Of a stretch of 64,000 nucleotides of DNA, positions 43,881-54,288 are shown piece after piece. Made by a program: the position numbers and the translations under genes. The notes beneath the pieces were generated by a model. The model was not told the DNA's origin, ran no database searches, and saw only the letters and a list, made by a program, of their open reading frames with translations. Origin of the DNA: a virus; IMG/VR virus record IMGVR_UViG_3300021963_000041, positions 63,150 to 127,149 of that record, one strand, 5' to 3'. Numbering within the stretch: position 1 is the stretch's first letter; each line of letters begins with the position of its first letter.

Positions 43881-46085
43881 TTAGAATTTTAAGTACCCTA
43901 GAATCTGATTGATTGGTGCAAATGCTCCAGTCAGCTTGTAAAGTTTTCCGTTATATTTAAACACAATACCTTCTAAAGGTACAATAGCTTTAAAACCTCC
44001 AATATCTTTAAGTCGTGTTAACTCTCTTTTCAAAAACTGTAAAGAGGCATCATCATCTGACATCTCAGGGGTTTGTGCAGCTGCTTGTATTTTAGCAATT
44101 GCATCTTCAAGATCCTTATTGATCTGTCTAACAGTATCATTAGGATTCAAAGACACTAATTGCGAAACATTCTTTAATGTATAAACTCCTAGTTTAAGGA
44201 ATACCGTCTCTAGAGGTTTTATGCATATCTTCTTTTGAACACCATACTCCTTTTTATCGAAATTTACAACCCAATTTTTGAAGTCCTCGTTATCAATACC
44301 ATCACGGATAACCTTGATGTTAATATCTTTGAGTGAGTAAGCCCAACGATTGATTAGTTGTTGTAAGGTGTTGGCTGGGATCTCGTAACCATACTGCTTT
44401 GCAGTGTTCTTCAAATAGTTTGTCCACCAAGCTTGGATGTACACACTAATTTTATCATCTTCCTTTAACTTATATTGCTCTCTAAGCTTTCTAAGCGCTT
44501 GATGCAATTCGTCACGCTGTCTTTCGTAATCTGCAGACTTATTGATTGTGATTGGATCGGTTACGCGGATCTCGTATGTTTTTTGATTTTGAGCTTCAAT
44601 TTGTCTAAGAGCTCCATCCAACTTATGTACAGCATCCGTGTCAGTATTTACAACATTCCCTGCTGGATCGTATTCTGTAATGTTGTGTAGTCTCAGCTGA
44701 GTAGCTCCATAAGGAATTACGTTAGCTGTTTCTGGATACAACACTTCAAAGTTTACAAACTTCTTTCCATTTTGGAAGAACTCTTCTTTTTGTTCTGGTG
44801 TAAGTTTATTGATTGCTGCTTCCAGATCCTTCATTGCTTCTCCAAAAGCTGCTTGAATAGCACCACGTCCTGCAAACATATCTTCAACCTGCTTAACAGT
44901 TAGAGATGTTGCACCTGCATCTTTTAAATGCCCTTTGTTTCTAGCTGCACGGACTTTACCATCTTTGTAGGTAGCCATAAGGTTTTGACCATCCAACTTC
45001 TCTTGTGCATATTCAACCTTACCACTCAAAGCTGCATCAATCATACTGTTTGCATCTTTGAAAGTTAGATCATAGTCCTCGTAAGGGTGTGTCATGTGAC
45101 CAGCGGCACCACCTTCTTTTAGAAGAGTACGCTCAAACAATGGAGCGGTTGTTGCTGCTTTATTTAAAAAGTTGTTTGGGATTGTGTATTTTTCTAAACG
45201 TAATAAGCGAATCAAAATGAAATAAATTGTTCCGCCTGGAAGAACACTAGCTGCAATAATGCCTGCTGTCTTCAATACGTCCTTCATCTGATTACCAATC
45301 TCCTCCTTTTCGGCATCAGTTAGTGTCTTTTTACCTTGAGCAGCTTGAGCTAACATAACAAAAGCTTCTTTAGTCTCTCTACTCTCAGCAGCTATCGATC
45401 TCAAGAAAGCTTGAAATCGTGAACTCATTTTTTTCACAATAGCAGAAAGATCAACCTCTTGTAATGGTTGTCCTGGTGCTAATATTTTAAATACTGATTT
45501 GATAGTTGACTCGGAGATACCTGGGTAGTTTGTTTTGAAGTTGTCAAAGTTCTTTGCTGCTAAGTCTGCTCTCAAAGTTGATGCACTTAGACCTTGTCCG
45601 TTCAACTGATCAGTACGACCTTTGTATAAGATTGGTGATGTGTTCAATGACAACTCAACAACATTAACACCTGGTCTATGATACTTTGCTCCTGCTGCGT
45701 GTCCGTCTACAAAACCCTTAACACGAGCGTAGTCGCTTCCTTTTGAACTAGCTCCTAGAGCATAAGTTCCTGCTGGAGCTTTTTCTACGAACTCGTAGGC
45801 TGCTCTCATTGGATTATCGTTTGGAGCTTGCTCTACTTTTATATTTGGAATACCACCTAATAAAAGCTTCCACACTTCCATGGATTGTTTCATAGTAATT
45901 CCATCACGCTCTTTTGGTCCAATCAGTATTCGCACTTCTGCTACACTAGGTAGTGCTGCGTAACGCTTTGCTAATTCCAAGTGACCACCATGAGGAGGTT
46001 TGAAACCACCTGGTAGCATTACAATTATTCCGGCTTCTGCCTCTCTTAATACTCCTTCAACTAGGAATTTAGTAAGTTCATTCAT
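43881..46085 (-). CDS. Multidomain protein: HxGH nucleotidyltransferase plus ATP-dependent ligase-like domain
   Basis: PGGFKPPHGGH and SASTLR; QEKLDGQN (ligase motif I), NFEV, EGIVF, YKLTG. Confidence 0.7.
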   Translation of the reverse strand: MNELTKFLVEGVLREAEAGIIVMLPGGFKPPHGGHLELAKRYAALPSVAEVRILIGPKERDGITMKQSMEVWKLLLGGIPNIKVEQAPNDNPMRAAYEFVEKAPAGTYALGASSKGSDYARVKGFVDGHAAGAKYHRPGVNVVELSLNTSPILYKGRTDQLNGQGLSASTLRADLAAKNFDNFKTNYPGISESTIKSVFKILAPGQPLQEVDLSAIVKKMSSRFQAFLRSIAAESRETKEAFVMLAQAAQGKKTLTDAEKEEIGNQMKDVLKTAGIIAASVLPGGTIYFILIRLLRLEKYTIPNNFLNKAATTAPLFERTLLKEGGAAGHMTHPYEDYDLTFKDANSMIDAALSGKVEYAQEKLDGQNLMATYKDGKVRAARNKGHLKDAGATSLTVKQVEDMFAGRGAIQAAFGEAMKDLEAAINKLTPEQKEEFFQNGKKFVNFEVLYPETANVIPYGATQLRLHNITEYDPAGNVVNTDTDAVHKLDGALRQIEAQNQKTYEIRVTDPITINKSADYERQRDELHQALRKLREQYKLKEDDKISVYIQAWWTNYLKNTAKQYGYEIPANTLQQLINRWAYSLKDINIKVIRDGIDNEDFKNWVVNFDKKEYGVQKKICIKPLETVFLKLGVYTLKNVSQLVSLNPNDTVRQINKDLEDAIAKIQAAAQTPEMSDDDASLQFLKRELTRLKDIGGFKAIVPLEGIVFKYNGKLYKLTGAFAPINQILGYLKF

Positions 46086-46626
46086 TCTTTAAGGTGTCTT
46101 GAATATAAATATGTTTGGAATCGAGTTCACGCTTTAATTTAGCAATCTCTAACTGCATTTTCTCTGTTCTATCGAGTAAGGTTACTAATAGACGTCCTAA
46201 TGAGGTATCTTTCAGTTGTTCGTAATTCTTTAAGAAGATATCATCAACAACAGCATTACCATCAACAAATAACCTATAGTCTTTATATAATCCCTCATCC
46301 AACGATTGACCAATATAAACCCTCTCCATATTACGTAGTGGTACAATCTCACGGCGCTCAATATCCTTTGTTAGTGGATTGTATGCTAAATAATGTAAGA
46401 TAAAATATATAGCGTCACCTTTTAATTGCTTGTCAGTTGATGGCGTTCCTATCCTCAGTGTATATGGGTTATCAGTATGTTTTTGTTTTATATCAACAAT
46501 ACTCTCGCCATTCCAAGCTTGATACACATTCTTGATAAGAATCTTACCGAGTGTATGCTCGTTGAGCAGCCCTTGTATTGCTGGGAAGGGTCTTGTACAG
46601 TTTCTTATAGTGTTGTTACCTATCAT
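46078..46626 (-). CDS. Hypothetical protein with C-terminal coiled coil
   Basis: 182-aa ORF at end of structural operon. Confidence 0.65.
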   Translation of the reverse strand: MIGNNTIRNCTRPFPAIQGLLNEHTLGKILIKNVYQAWNGESIVDIKQKHTDNPYTLRIGTPSTDKQLKGDAIYFILHYLAYNPLTKDIERREIVPLRNMERVYIGQSLDEGLYKDYRLFVDGNAVVDDIFLKNYEQLKDTSLGRLLVTLLDRTEKMQLEIAKLKRELDSKHIYIQDTLKNE

Positions 46627-46636
46627 CTAATTGTAA

Positions 46637-48010
46637 TTAAGCAAGAGAACCTCCACCGGTTGGATCATATGGTACAGAGATGGCTTCACCCAAATTGCTA
46701 GTATTCTGTGCAACAGTAGTTGGTTTAATAAAACGTGGATCAGTTGTTACACCAACCTTACAAATTTGGATATCATCCACTATAATACCAAAGAAAGAGC
46801 TATCCGATAATGATCCCGATGCCTCCAAACATAGTTGTGCTGGATATCCGTACTGTATCACATTGAAGTTGAACTTTTCAATTTGATAGCCGGTCTGCAC
46901 ATCATAGAAAGACATTTGTGGACCACCCTGATAACCATGTCCAATTTTTACAATATTATTGTCTGGTGGGTACCAACCACTAGTACCTCCAACTCTTAAT
47001 CCTGGATTTGGTGCAGATGAATGCACATTGTGAATAAAGACACTCATAAACGATCCCGTATCTGGAAAATTATCTGTGGATACTTTTCTTTTAAGGGAAA
47101 GTTGTACATTGTAGATTCCACCATTATCTGAAAAAATCTCACTAGCTCCATAACCTGAAAAAAGCTTAAAGAAATAGTCTGTTCCATTGGTTGTTCCACT
47201 ACCACTAACTGGAATAGGAAAGTATAATCTACGAGCTTTTAGTGCTTCTGTATAATGTCTAACGGTAACTGTACCCGATCCCGATCCTGATACAGATTGT
47301 GTAACAAACGATCTACTGATTGCTGCTCTAGTGATTGCTGCACCTCCACCAACATCAAAATATTGTCCATCAATTGATGATGTAGCGTTTGAGCTAGTTA
47401 CGTTTGGCCATGTTATGTCATAAGCTACATTAGAACTATATTCAATACCAGAATAAGCATACCAACTCCCAACATATGTTGGATATTGTAATAATCCATT
47501 CCTACTATGAACGTAATACATATTTGATGCATTACCAAACTTCGGATCAGTTATATACCAACTAGATGTAACTGGGTATGCAGATACTCCAACAGAACTA
47601 TAACCACCCCAATTATTTCTAAGAAAGCTTCCAGTATAGTCCGTAGAAAGTGACCATTGTCTCATTACGTAGGAAGCTCCCGAATAGGACACAGTACTGT
47701 CGGTAAATGACCATGATGGTGTTGACACATTCCATAAAAAATCTGTTGCACAAGATCCCCACGGAAGACCTTTGTATGTTGCGTTGCTTGACGATTGTCT
47801 TGTTGATACGGTTGTGGTTACTGTCGTTGGTGGAAAGTTTAACCATCCGCCAGATACTGATGGTGTAAGCGTAGTTGCTGGGAAGTTTAAAGAAGCTGTC
47901 CACCAGAATTGTGGAAGGTATCCACTCCATATACTAGGGGTTCCAGAGCTTCCTGTCGGGCCTAACCGCTTGTAAACTAAATCGAATGACTTGATTGCTA
48001 ATGTACCCAT
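46637..48010 (-). CDS. Virion structural protein (hypothetical)
   Basis: Start reassigned to ATG 48010 (MGTLAIK); beta-rich, SGS/TGS-rich. Confidence 0.65.
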   Translation of the reverse strand: MGTLAIKSFDLVYKRLGPTGSSGTPSIWSGYLPQFWWTASLNFPATTLTPSVSGGWLNFPPTTVTTTVSTRQSSSNATYKGLPWGSCATDFLWNVSTPSWSFTDSTVSYSGASYVMRQWSLSTDYTGSFLRNNWGGYSSVGVSAYPVTSSWYITDPKFGNASNMYYVHSRNGLLQYPTYVGSWYAYSGIEYSSNVAYDITWPNVTSSNATSSIDGQYFDVGGGAAITRAAISRSFVTQSVSGSGSGTVTVRHYTEALKARRLYFPIPVSGSGTTNGTDYFFKLFSGYGASEIFSDNGGIYNVQLSLKRKVSTDNFPDTGSFMSVFIHNVHSSAPNPGLRVGGTSGWYPPDNNIVKIGHGYQGGPQMSFYDVQTGYQIEKFNFNVIQYGYPAQLCLEASGSLSDSSFFGIIVDDIQICKVGVTTDPRFIKPTTVAQNTSNLGEAISVPYDPTGGGSLA

Positions 48011-48012
48011 AA

Positions 48013-50130
48013 TTACCAAATAGACTCTATAAAGTCGTATGTAAAATATAACTTATCATCTTGACAAGTGTTTGAAGTGATTGTTGTTTTAAGATTGAGA
48101 GTAACATCATCTAAGAAAGTTGTATACTCAGATTGACGACCTGTATAATCAAAATAATCAACTTTAAAATCGATTGATTGTGATAGCGATGCAGCATTGA
48201 GAAACTCTTGAGGTAGTGGTACCGCATACTGCACAATGTTTGGTGTAAAGCCATTCAATGTATACGGCTTTATACTCACCTCACTAAGATAAGCACTACC
48301 AGTTTGATTCATCTCATCAATAACTCGCGTTCTTAATAATGGTCTACCAAACCCATTGGCATCAGTAGTAAAGTCAAATAATAATTTGCCGTAATATTTA
48401 CGAGTACTTCTATCATTTACAACCTTACCAATATACTTTCCAAAACGATTTGTGTCACCTGAGTATCTAGTTTTTTCAGTGTTTCCAGTCTTATTGAAAG
48501 CTCTTGTATATATTGATGGTGTTATGAGATATGTGTTTAATGGATCGCTATTCATATACACCTCAAGCTCTGTATAAGGATCTAGAGTTAAACTAAAGCT
48601 TAATGTATATGTTTGTTCTGTGTTGTAGTTTTGATTGTATGTTGTAGTAAAGGCAAGTGACTGTGTATATGATGCATTGCATTTAACAGAGTCGGAGTGA
48701 ACCGTTGTGTTTACGGATCCTGTGATCAAGTCAAACCCGTTTGGAGTTTCTTGGTATAAACTCCAATATGTGTTTAAAAGAGAGCTAGTACTAAAGTGTC
48801 CTATCAATCTATACTCTGAATCGTGCCGAGCAAAATTCAAACCATTTGAGTATTCGGAGTCTGTTAGATACTCCACTGGAGATACTATTTGATCATTAAG
48901 TAGTTTGTAGTCACCAACAATTGATCCTAATTTAGCTGAAGTTTTTATTCTATATACTTGACCACTTACAGGGTTCAAATCATTAAACGTAAACTCCACA
49001 TAGGATTGACTAACAGTTGAACTTGTTACATATGAATTTACATTTGGTACAAATGTAACACTCCCAGTAAACAGACTTGCTGATTTGTATGTAAATATTT
49101 CTGTAGACCTGGAGCTTAAGCTTCGTGTATTATATACAAGCACTGACGGTGCTTTATTTATTACCGCTTGAGTGCTATTTACAACCTCAACAATTGTTGC
49201 ACTATATGATTGGAGTTGATCAGAAATTGATCCAGATACTTGGATAGGTCCTGATGCGCTTGGATACAAATATCTTGGTATTGATGCTGAGTCAAAAAAC
49301 TCAAAATAGCCACCTAACATATCTTTTGTAAAGAATGATGAAGTTGCTGTTACTAGTGTACCAAATCGAGATGTGTTTGTTATAGAAAAACCATTCTCTA
49401 TATCGTCCTCTGCTTTACGAATTGTCGTAGGAACGCTATTCACAGTCAATGGCCTGCTAGTTGGATCTACAGTGATTGCTTTTAGATAGCCATCTAATAT
49501 ATCAACACTAGATGCAAAGTCTCTATCATAACCCTGAAAGTTTGATGTTATGATTGATAGTTGGTTTATACTACTAGTTGCTGTTGTGTATGTAGCAGTA
49601 CTACCAGATTGTTGATTAGAGGTTATGCGTGCTGGTGTTACCACTTGCGCAACTGATACTGATGGCGGTTCGTCAAACAGTAGGTCTGCATTGTTTCTTT
49701 CAAAGGGTAAAATGGATATCTGACGAGCCCATCTTACATTATACTCTCCTCGAAACTCTTGTGGTATTGGATCACCATTTGTATCAATTACAGCTTCACC
49801 AACTAGATACACTGTTGCCAATCCTTGAGCCGTTATATCATATACGTCAAACGAAATGTAATAGTTATTAAAGCGATCTACAAAATCAACAACCTCTGCA
49901 AAAATTCTCTGCCCTTCTGCATCTATAATCTCAACATCTATGGTGCTATTCAATTTCATATTTGCACCATTACCCTTTAGCTTAATGACATGACGACCTC
50001 CTCCCACTACAGTAGGGAAGTACTCTACATCAAAGTATTCTGGTGAAGATACTGAACGATCCTCCACATAGTATGATGTGTTTGAGTAACCACGTGGTTG
50101 TGGTATCTTGTATGTTGAAAGTAAAGACAT
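48013..50130 (-). CDS. Virion structural protein (hypothetical, baseplate-associated)
   Basis: 705 aa, beta-rich, SGS/SAS-rich, own promoter motif. Confidence 0.65.
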   Translation of the reverse strand: MSLLSTYKIPQPRGYSNTSYYVEDRSVSSPEYFDVEYFPTVVGGGRHVIKLKGNGANMKLNSTIDVEIIDAEGQRIFAEVVDFVDRFNNYYISFDVYDITAQGLATVYLVGEAVIDTNGDPIPQEFRGEYNVRWARQISILPFERNNADLLFDEPPSVSVAQVVTPARITSNQQSGSTATYTTATSSINQLSIITSNFQGYDRDFASSVDILDGYLKAITVDPTSRPLTVNSVPTTIRKAEDDIENGFSITNTSRFGTLVTATSSFFTKDMLGGYFEFFDSASIPRYLYPSASGPIQVSGSISDQLQSYSATIVEVVNSTQAVINKAPSVLVYNTRSLSSRSTEIFTYKSASLFTGSVTFVPNVNSYVTSSTVSQSYVEFTFNDLNPVSGQVYRIKTSAKLGSIVGDYKLLNDQIVSPVEYLTDSEYSNGLNFARHDSEYRLIGHFSTSSLLNTYWSLYQETPNGFDLITGSVNTTVHSDSVKCNASYTQSLAFTTTYNQNYNTEQTYTLSFSLTLDPYTELEVYMNSDPLNTYLITPSIYTRAFNKTGNTEKTRYSGDTNRFGKYIGKVVNDRSTRKYYGKLLFDFTTDANGFGRPLLRTRVIDEMNQTGSAYLSEVSIKPYTLNGFTPNIVQYAVPLPQEFLNAASLSQSIDFKVDYFDYTGRQSEYTTFLDDVTLNLKTTITSNTCQDDKLYFTYDFIESIW

Positions 50131-50146
50131 TTACTATAAATATCTC

Positions 50147-53100
50147 CTAACAATTTATGTGACTCAAATCATCTTTACGCTCGATGGTAATTATGTTATC
50201 AACCATATCTCGAACAACATCGATGTGTGAGATTACTAAACTGAAACGGAAGATATCTTTCATGTAAGTGAAGAGGGTGTGCATCGAGTTTAGATTACTA
50301 CTATCTAAGACCCCTAACCCCTCATCAATAGCAATGAAGTCTGGTTTTGGTAAGTTTGTAATTTTGATTAGTGCAATACGAATTGCCAAAGATGACATAA
50401 ACCTCTCCATCCCAGAACTTAACTCTAGTGGCCACTTATTATCATCGTATACAATGAATACATTGATATTTTTGCCATCCGTCTCCATCTCAACAGTAAA
50501 GTCAATAACCTGATTGAGAATGTTGTTAACGTAGTGTTGAATGTATGGAACAGCCTTGCTGATCAGCACATACGGGATACCATCTTTACACATGGCTTTA
50601 CAGTATAAGTCATAAGCTACTTGCTTATCGACTAACTCCTGCATATGCTTGATTGATTTGTTACACTCAGCAATCGTCGTCTCTGCAATTCTAATTCTTC
50701 CGTGGTAATCTTTTACTACATTATTAAGCTTTGATAACTCAATTTTCTTAGTAGATACCTTTGTTTGAACCTCTTTGATCTCAGTCTGAATCTTCTTATT
50801 ATTCTCTAGTGTTTGCGTATTTGCATTGTATGTTTGTATGTCACGCTCCAGGTTTGATATTGCATGCTTTACTGTGGCTGTTTCATGTCTAACTTTGTCG
50901 TAGGCATTTTGGTACCTGTCTACAGAAGTTTTTGCTTCATTGTATCGCTTTACTAGTTTTTGTATCTCCTCAGCTTGATCAGCTATACTACTGTTTGCGT
51001 CAATAAAATCTGAAACATCTCTCAGTTTTTGCAAGAACTCGTGTACAGTCTTCTTGTCGCTCTCTAATTGGCTTTTTGTGTCTATAGCATCTTTAACAAA
51101 CACGTTGTCACAACAATACTTGCAATTTGGATCATACTCGTGCTGTTGCAACTTTTCAAGCTTTTCGAGCTTGTTTTTGATAGTAACCTTTAGTGTTGCT
51201 AATGTACTATCCAACTCAACCTTCTGCTGAACCTTCGCTGTATACTCCTTATACAGCTCTGTATCGAATGATGATTTGTGTTGGTCTAGCTCAGCTTCAG
51301 ATTCTGATAAAACTACCTGTTCATCCTCTAGTTTTAGATGATAGCCACTTGCTGACTCTTCTAGGTCTAATAATTTTTGATTGGAAGACTTTAGTTGAGA
51401 TTCTAGTTTGTTGATATCTAACCCATCGGCATTACACGGTTGCAACTGCTTATTAAGTTCTAGCAGTTCATCCGTTAAATCTTGGAGTTCTTCTTCAGCC
51501 TTGTCAACATCTTCTTGAGCCTTTGTATGCTTGGTCTCATTGATGTCTTTCGAACGCTCTGCGTCTCCGAGTTTTGTTTCAAAGTCTTGCTTTTGATATT
51601 CTTCAAGTACGATTGAAGCGGTTCTGTTTTCTTTATTAGCCAGCTCATATAGTGCATCAAATATTTTTAAATCAAGAAAGTTTGCTAGTAGGTCTTTCCT
51701 TTCACCTTGTGTCTTGTCAATAAAGTTTGAGTTATTCTGTTGTAGCGATAGTGCTGTAAGAATGAAGTCTTCAAACGTACCAACATATGATTGTATAATA
51801 TAATTTGTATCTCGTCTTTGCTCACCATTCAATGATACTTTCTCACCTTCTGCGTTTACACACCAGAAGTCAATATCGACTCTAAGCTTTCCTTTCAGCG
51901 GTCCACTTTTGTATTTGTAAGCCTTCTTTTCGATGTAGTAATCTACTCCACCAAGTTCAAAGTTAAACTTACACCAGAAGTCATCCTTCTTTCTGTTTAA
52001 TACTTGTTCAGCTTTACTAGCTCTAAATGAATGATCAAACAAACAAAAGCACAATGCATCTAATACAGCAGACTTACCTGCGTGGTTTGGAGCAAATAGA
52101 CCGCATGTACCATCTAACTTATCAAAACTAACAACGTTGTCTTCACCATAGCTAAACATATTTGAGAACTCAAAATGCTTTGGCTTCCACACAACATTAC
52201 GAGCTGTCTCACCCTGTGATATTGTCTGGTTTAAAGTTGCATTTATCTTCAACACCGATTCTAACAACTCATCATCAATACCCTGATGTTGTAAGTAGTC
52301 TGTTATGAGTTGGTTTTGGTATTGGATATTTCTTACATCTCCCTGATGCAGCGACTCTCCAAACAACTGACTTTCATCCAAAGAACTAGCTTTATCCAAC
52401 TTCTGCACCATAACATCACTGTTACGATACTCCTTTCTAATAGTTGCTAGTATACGTTTTAGCTCTGCTGGTGATGTGTTCTTTGTACGAAGTCTGACGT
52501 TAGTCTTTGATGTGATTGGTAGATTGTCTGGTAGCACTCCATCCTCAACATCTAACGTATAGTAACCGTAGTCATTAGGAATATCAAAGAATTCATACCC
52601 AATGTCACCCTTAGTCGTCAGATCAACTAAAGCGTAACCATGTCCTTCAAAAGACTCTCCAAAGTTCTGTTGTACTAAAGATCCTGGATAGAATATGATA
52701 GGCTCTGATTTTGACAGAATTTGACGTTTGTGTATGTCTCCCAACAAAACTAAATCATAACCAGCAAAAGTGTCCCAATCCAATCCATGAGACAATACTA
52801 ACCCACTATCAACACTACTATTAGCAATAGTACCGTGGTACATTGCAATCGTGTGTTTGTACTCTTTGTTGCCTGGAATCTTGTCAAAAGTAACGTAATC
52901 CTCTTTTTCATCTAGCAACGACATTACACTGATAGCAACATCCCCTATCTCATACAAACCAGAGTTACGTAAATAAAATAGGTTAGGATGGTTGTTAGCT
53001 TCGATGATTGGAGTAAGAGCATCTAGTCGGTTGTTGTTGTTCAAATTAGTGTCGTGATTCCCGGTTATCACAATTGTTGGTCTACGATCAGCTAACTCGT

Positions 53101-53332
53101 TGAATAGGTACGATACCATATTGATTAGCTCCGGACTCATATCAGTCTTGGCATGCACAATGTCTCCTCCAACAGTCACAATAGAGTTAGCAGGTAATGC
53201 ATCAACTGCCGCAAAAAGCTTCTTAAACACCTCTTTGAACTCCTTATGGCGTTTCCAGTTGCGTAGGTGTATATCTGCAATGTGAAGAATCTTCTCCACA
53301 CTTTCCATCTTACACTTTATCTTATTTATCAT
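50147..53332 (-). CDS. Fused SbcD/Mre11 nuclease - SbcC/Rad50 ATPase (gp47-gp46 fusion)
   Basis: ADIH, GDIVH, GNHD, GDIH phosphoesterase motifs; APNHAGKS Walker A, CKYC zinc hook in coiled coil, LSSGME signature, IAIDEG Walker B, ISH. Confidence 0.9.
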   Translation of the reverse strand: MINKIKCKMESVEKILHIADIHLRNWKRHKEFKEVFKKLFAAVDALPANSIVTVGGDIVHAKTDMSPELINMVSYLFNELADRRPTIVITGNHDTNLNNNNRLDALTPIIEANNHPNLFYLRNSGLYEIGDVAISVMSLLDEKEDYVTFDKIPGNKEYKHTIAMYHGTIANSSVDSGLVLSHGLDWDTFAGYDLVLLGDIHKRQILSKSEPIIFYPGSLVQQNFGESFEGHGYALVDLTTKGDIGYEFFDIPNDYGYYTLDVEDGVLPDNLPITSKTNVRLRTKNTSPAELKRILATIRKEYRNSDVMVQKLDKASSLDESQLFGESLHQGDVRNIQYQNQLITDYLQHQGIDDELLESVLKINATLNQTISQGETARNVVWKPKHFEFSNMFSYGEDNVVSFDKLDGTCGLFAPNHAGKSAVLDALCFCLFDHSFRASKAEQVLNRKKDDFWCKFNFELGGVDYYIEKKAYKYKSGPLKGKLRVDIDFWCVNAEGEKVSLNGEQRRDTNYIIQSYVGTFEDFILTALSLQQNNSNFIDKTQGERKDLLANFLDLKIFDALYELANKENRTASIVLEEYQKQDFETKLGDAERSKDINETKHTKAQEDVDKAEEELQDLTDELLELNKQLQPCNADGLDINKLESQLKSSNQKLLDLEESASGYHLKLEDEQVVLSESEAELDQHKSSFDTELYKEYTAKVQQKVELDSTLATLKVTIKNKLEKLEKLQQHEYDPNCKYCCDNVFVKDAIDTKSQLESDKKTVHEFLQKLRDVSDFIDANSSIADQAEEIQKLVKRYNEAKTSVDRYQNAYDKVRHETATVKHAISNLERDIQTYNANTQTLENNKKIQTEIKEVQTKVSTKKIELSKLNNVVKDYHGRIRIAETTIAECNKSIKHMQELVDKQVAYDLYCKAMCKDGIPYVLISKAVPYIQHYVNNILNQVIDFTVEMETDGKNINVFIVYDDNKWPLELSSGMERFMSSLAIRIALIKITNLPKPDFIAIDEGLGVLDSSNLNSMHTLFTYMKDIFRFSLVISHIDVVRDMVDNIITIERKDDLSHINC

Positions 53333-54252
53333 AGCATCATTTTATACGTTATCAAGTCAAAGAAGTCGACTTTTTTTGCCTTATTTATTGAATCTACCAT
53401 CACCTCATAACCAACATCACCAGGATCTTTTCCTGGCACTTGTATCACATATACTTCAATACCGTTGTTGAGAAAGTACTCAACCTCCTTAATAGAATCT
53501 TTGAAAGCATCTTTATCTAGAGCTAGGTAAATCTTCTGAACTTTCTCTGTTAGTATCTTTGTACGCAAGCTACTGAGTATCTTCTTACCAAACAGTGGTA
53601 TTGCATTTCTCTTTGTTGCGATTGCATCATACACACCCTCTACAATGATTATTGGCTCTTTCCAGTTAATCTGATTTTCAAGCCCAATCACATCCTTAGA
53701 TACGGGTGGATTCTTATGCGATATAGTTGTGTTGTAGTAACTGCGTCCAACGTAGTAGTTGAGTAAGCCAGCCTCATTGTAGCTAGGAACAATCAACATT
53801 CCTGCATAAGGTCCTTCCTCACAATAACCCACCTGATACCTTAAAATGTCTAGTGGAGTTAGCTTTCTCACACTCAAAGCGTAGTGTAAAGCGTTTTTGT
53901 AGTCAGGAGTGTTTTGTGTTATGTATAGTGGTTTGTAATGCTCTGGTAAGCCAACAATCTCTCTTGCAAAGTCCGTCTTACTACTTGGTCTGGAATCACC
54001 ATACAGTTCACGAATCTTCTTGTAAGTTTGTGTAGGTGCATTACTCTTCTTTAATAGAGAGATAAGCGTTTGACCTTTACTATCACATACCCAGCAATGC
54101 CACTTCTGTGTGTTGAGATTAACTTGTAATTTTGGCTTATAGTGATTGCAGAATGGGCAGTGATAACTTATCTCTCCATCCTTTCTATGCTGCACACTCG
54201 ATCCTAAATGATCGTCTAATAGATGTTTTGCTTGCAGTAGATTGACACTCAT
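53329..54252 (-). CDS. DNA primase (Zn finger + TOPRIM)
   Basis: CPFC...WHCWVC; IVEGVYDA, LALDKDA, KDPGD. Confidence 0.9.
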   Translation of the reverse strand: MSVNLLQAKHLLDDHLGSSVQHRKDGEISYHCPFCNHYKPKLQVNLNTQKWHCWVCDSKGQTLISLLKKSNAPTQTYKKIRELYGDSRPSSKTDFAREIVGLPEHYKPLYITQNTPDYKNALHYALSVRKLTPLDILRYQVGYCEEGPYAGMLIVPSYNEAGLLNYYVGRSYYNTTISHKNPPVSKDVIGLENQINWKEPIIIVEGVYDAIATKRNAIPLFGKKILSSLRTKILTEKVQKIYLALDKDAFKDSIKEVEYFLNNGIEVYVIQVPGKDPGDVGYEVMVDSINKAKKVDFFDLITYKMML

Positions 54253-54256
54253 ACTC

Positions 54257-54287
54257 CAACTATACGACTTTTATTTCAATAAGCAAA
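54257..54287 (-). promoter_or_regulatory. Putative Bacteroidota-type (-33/-7) promoter of primase operon
   Basis: Minus strand TTTG-N19-TATAGTTG, 4 nt before ATG. Confidence 0.55.
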
Positions 54288-54288
54288 A

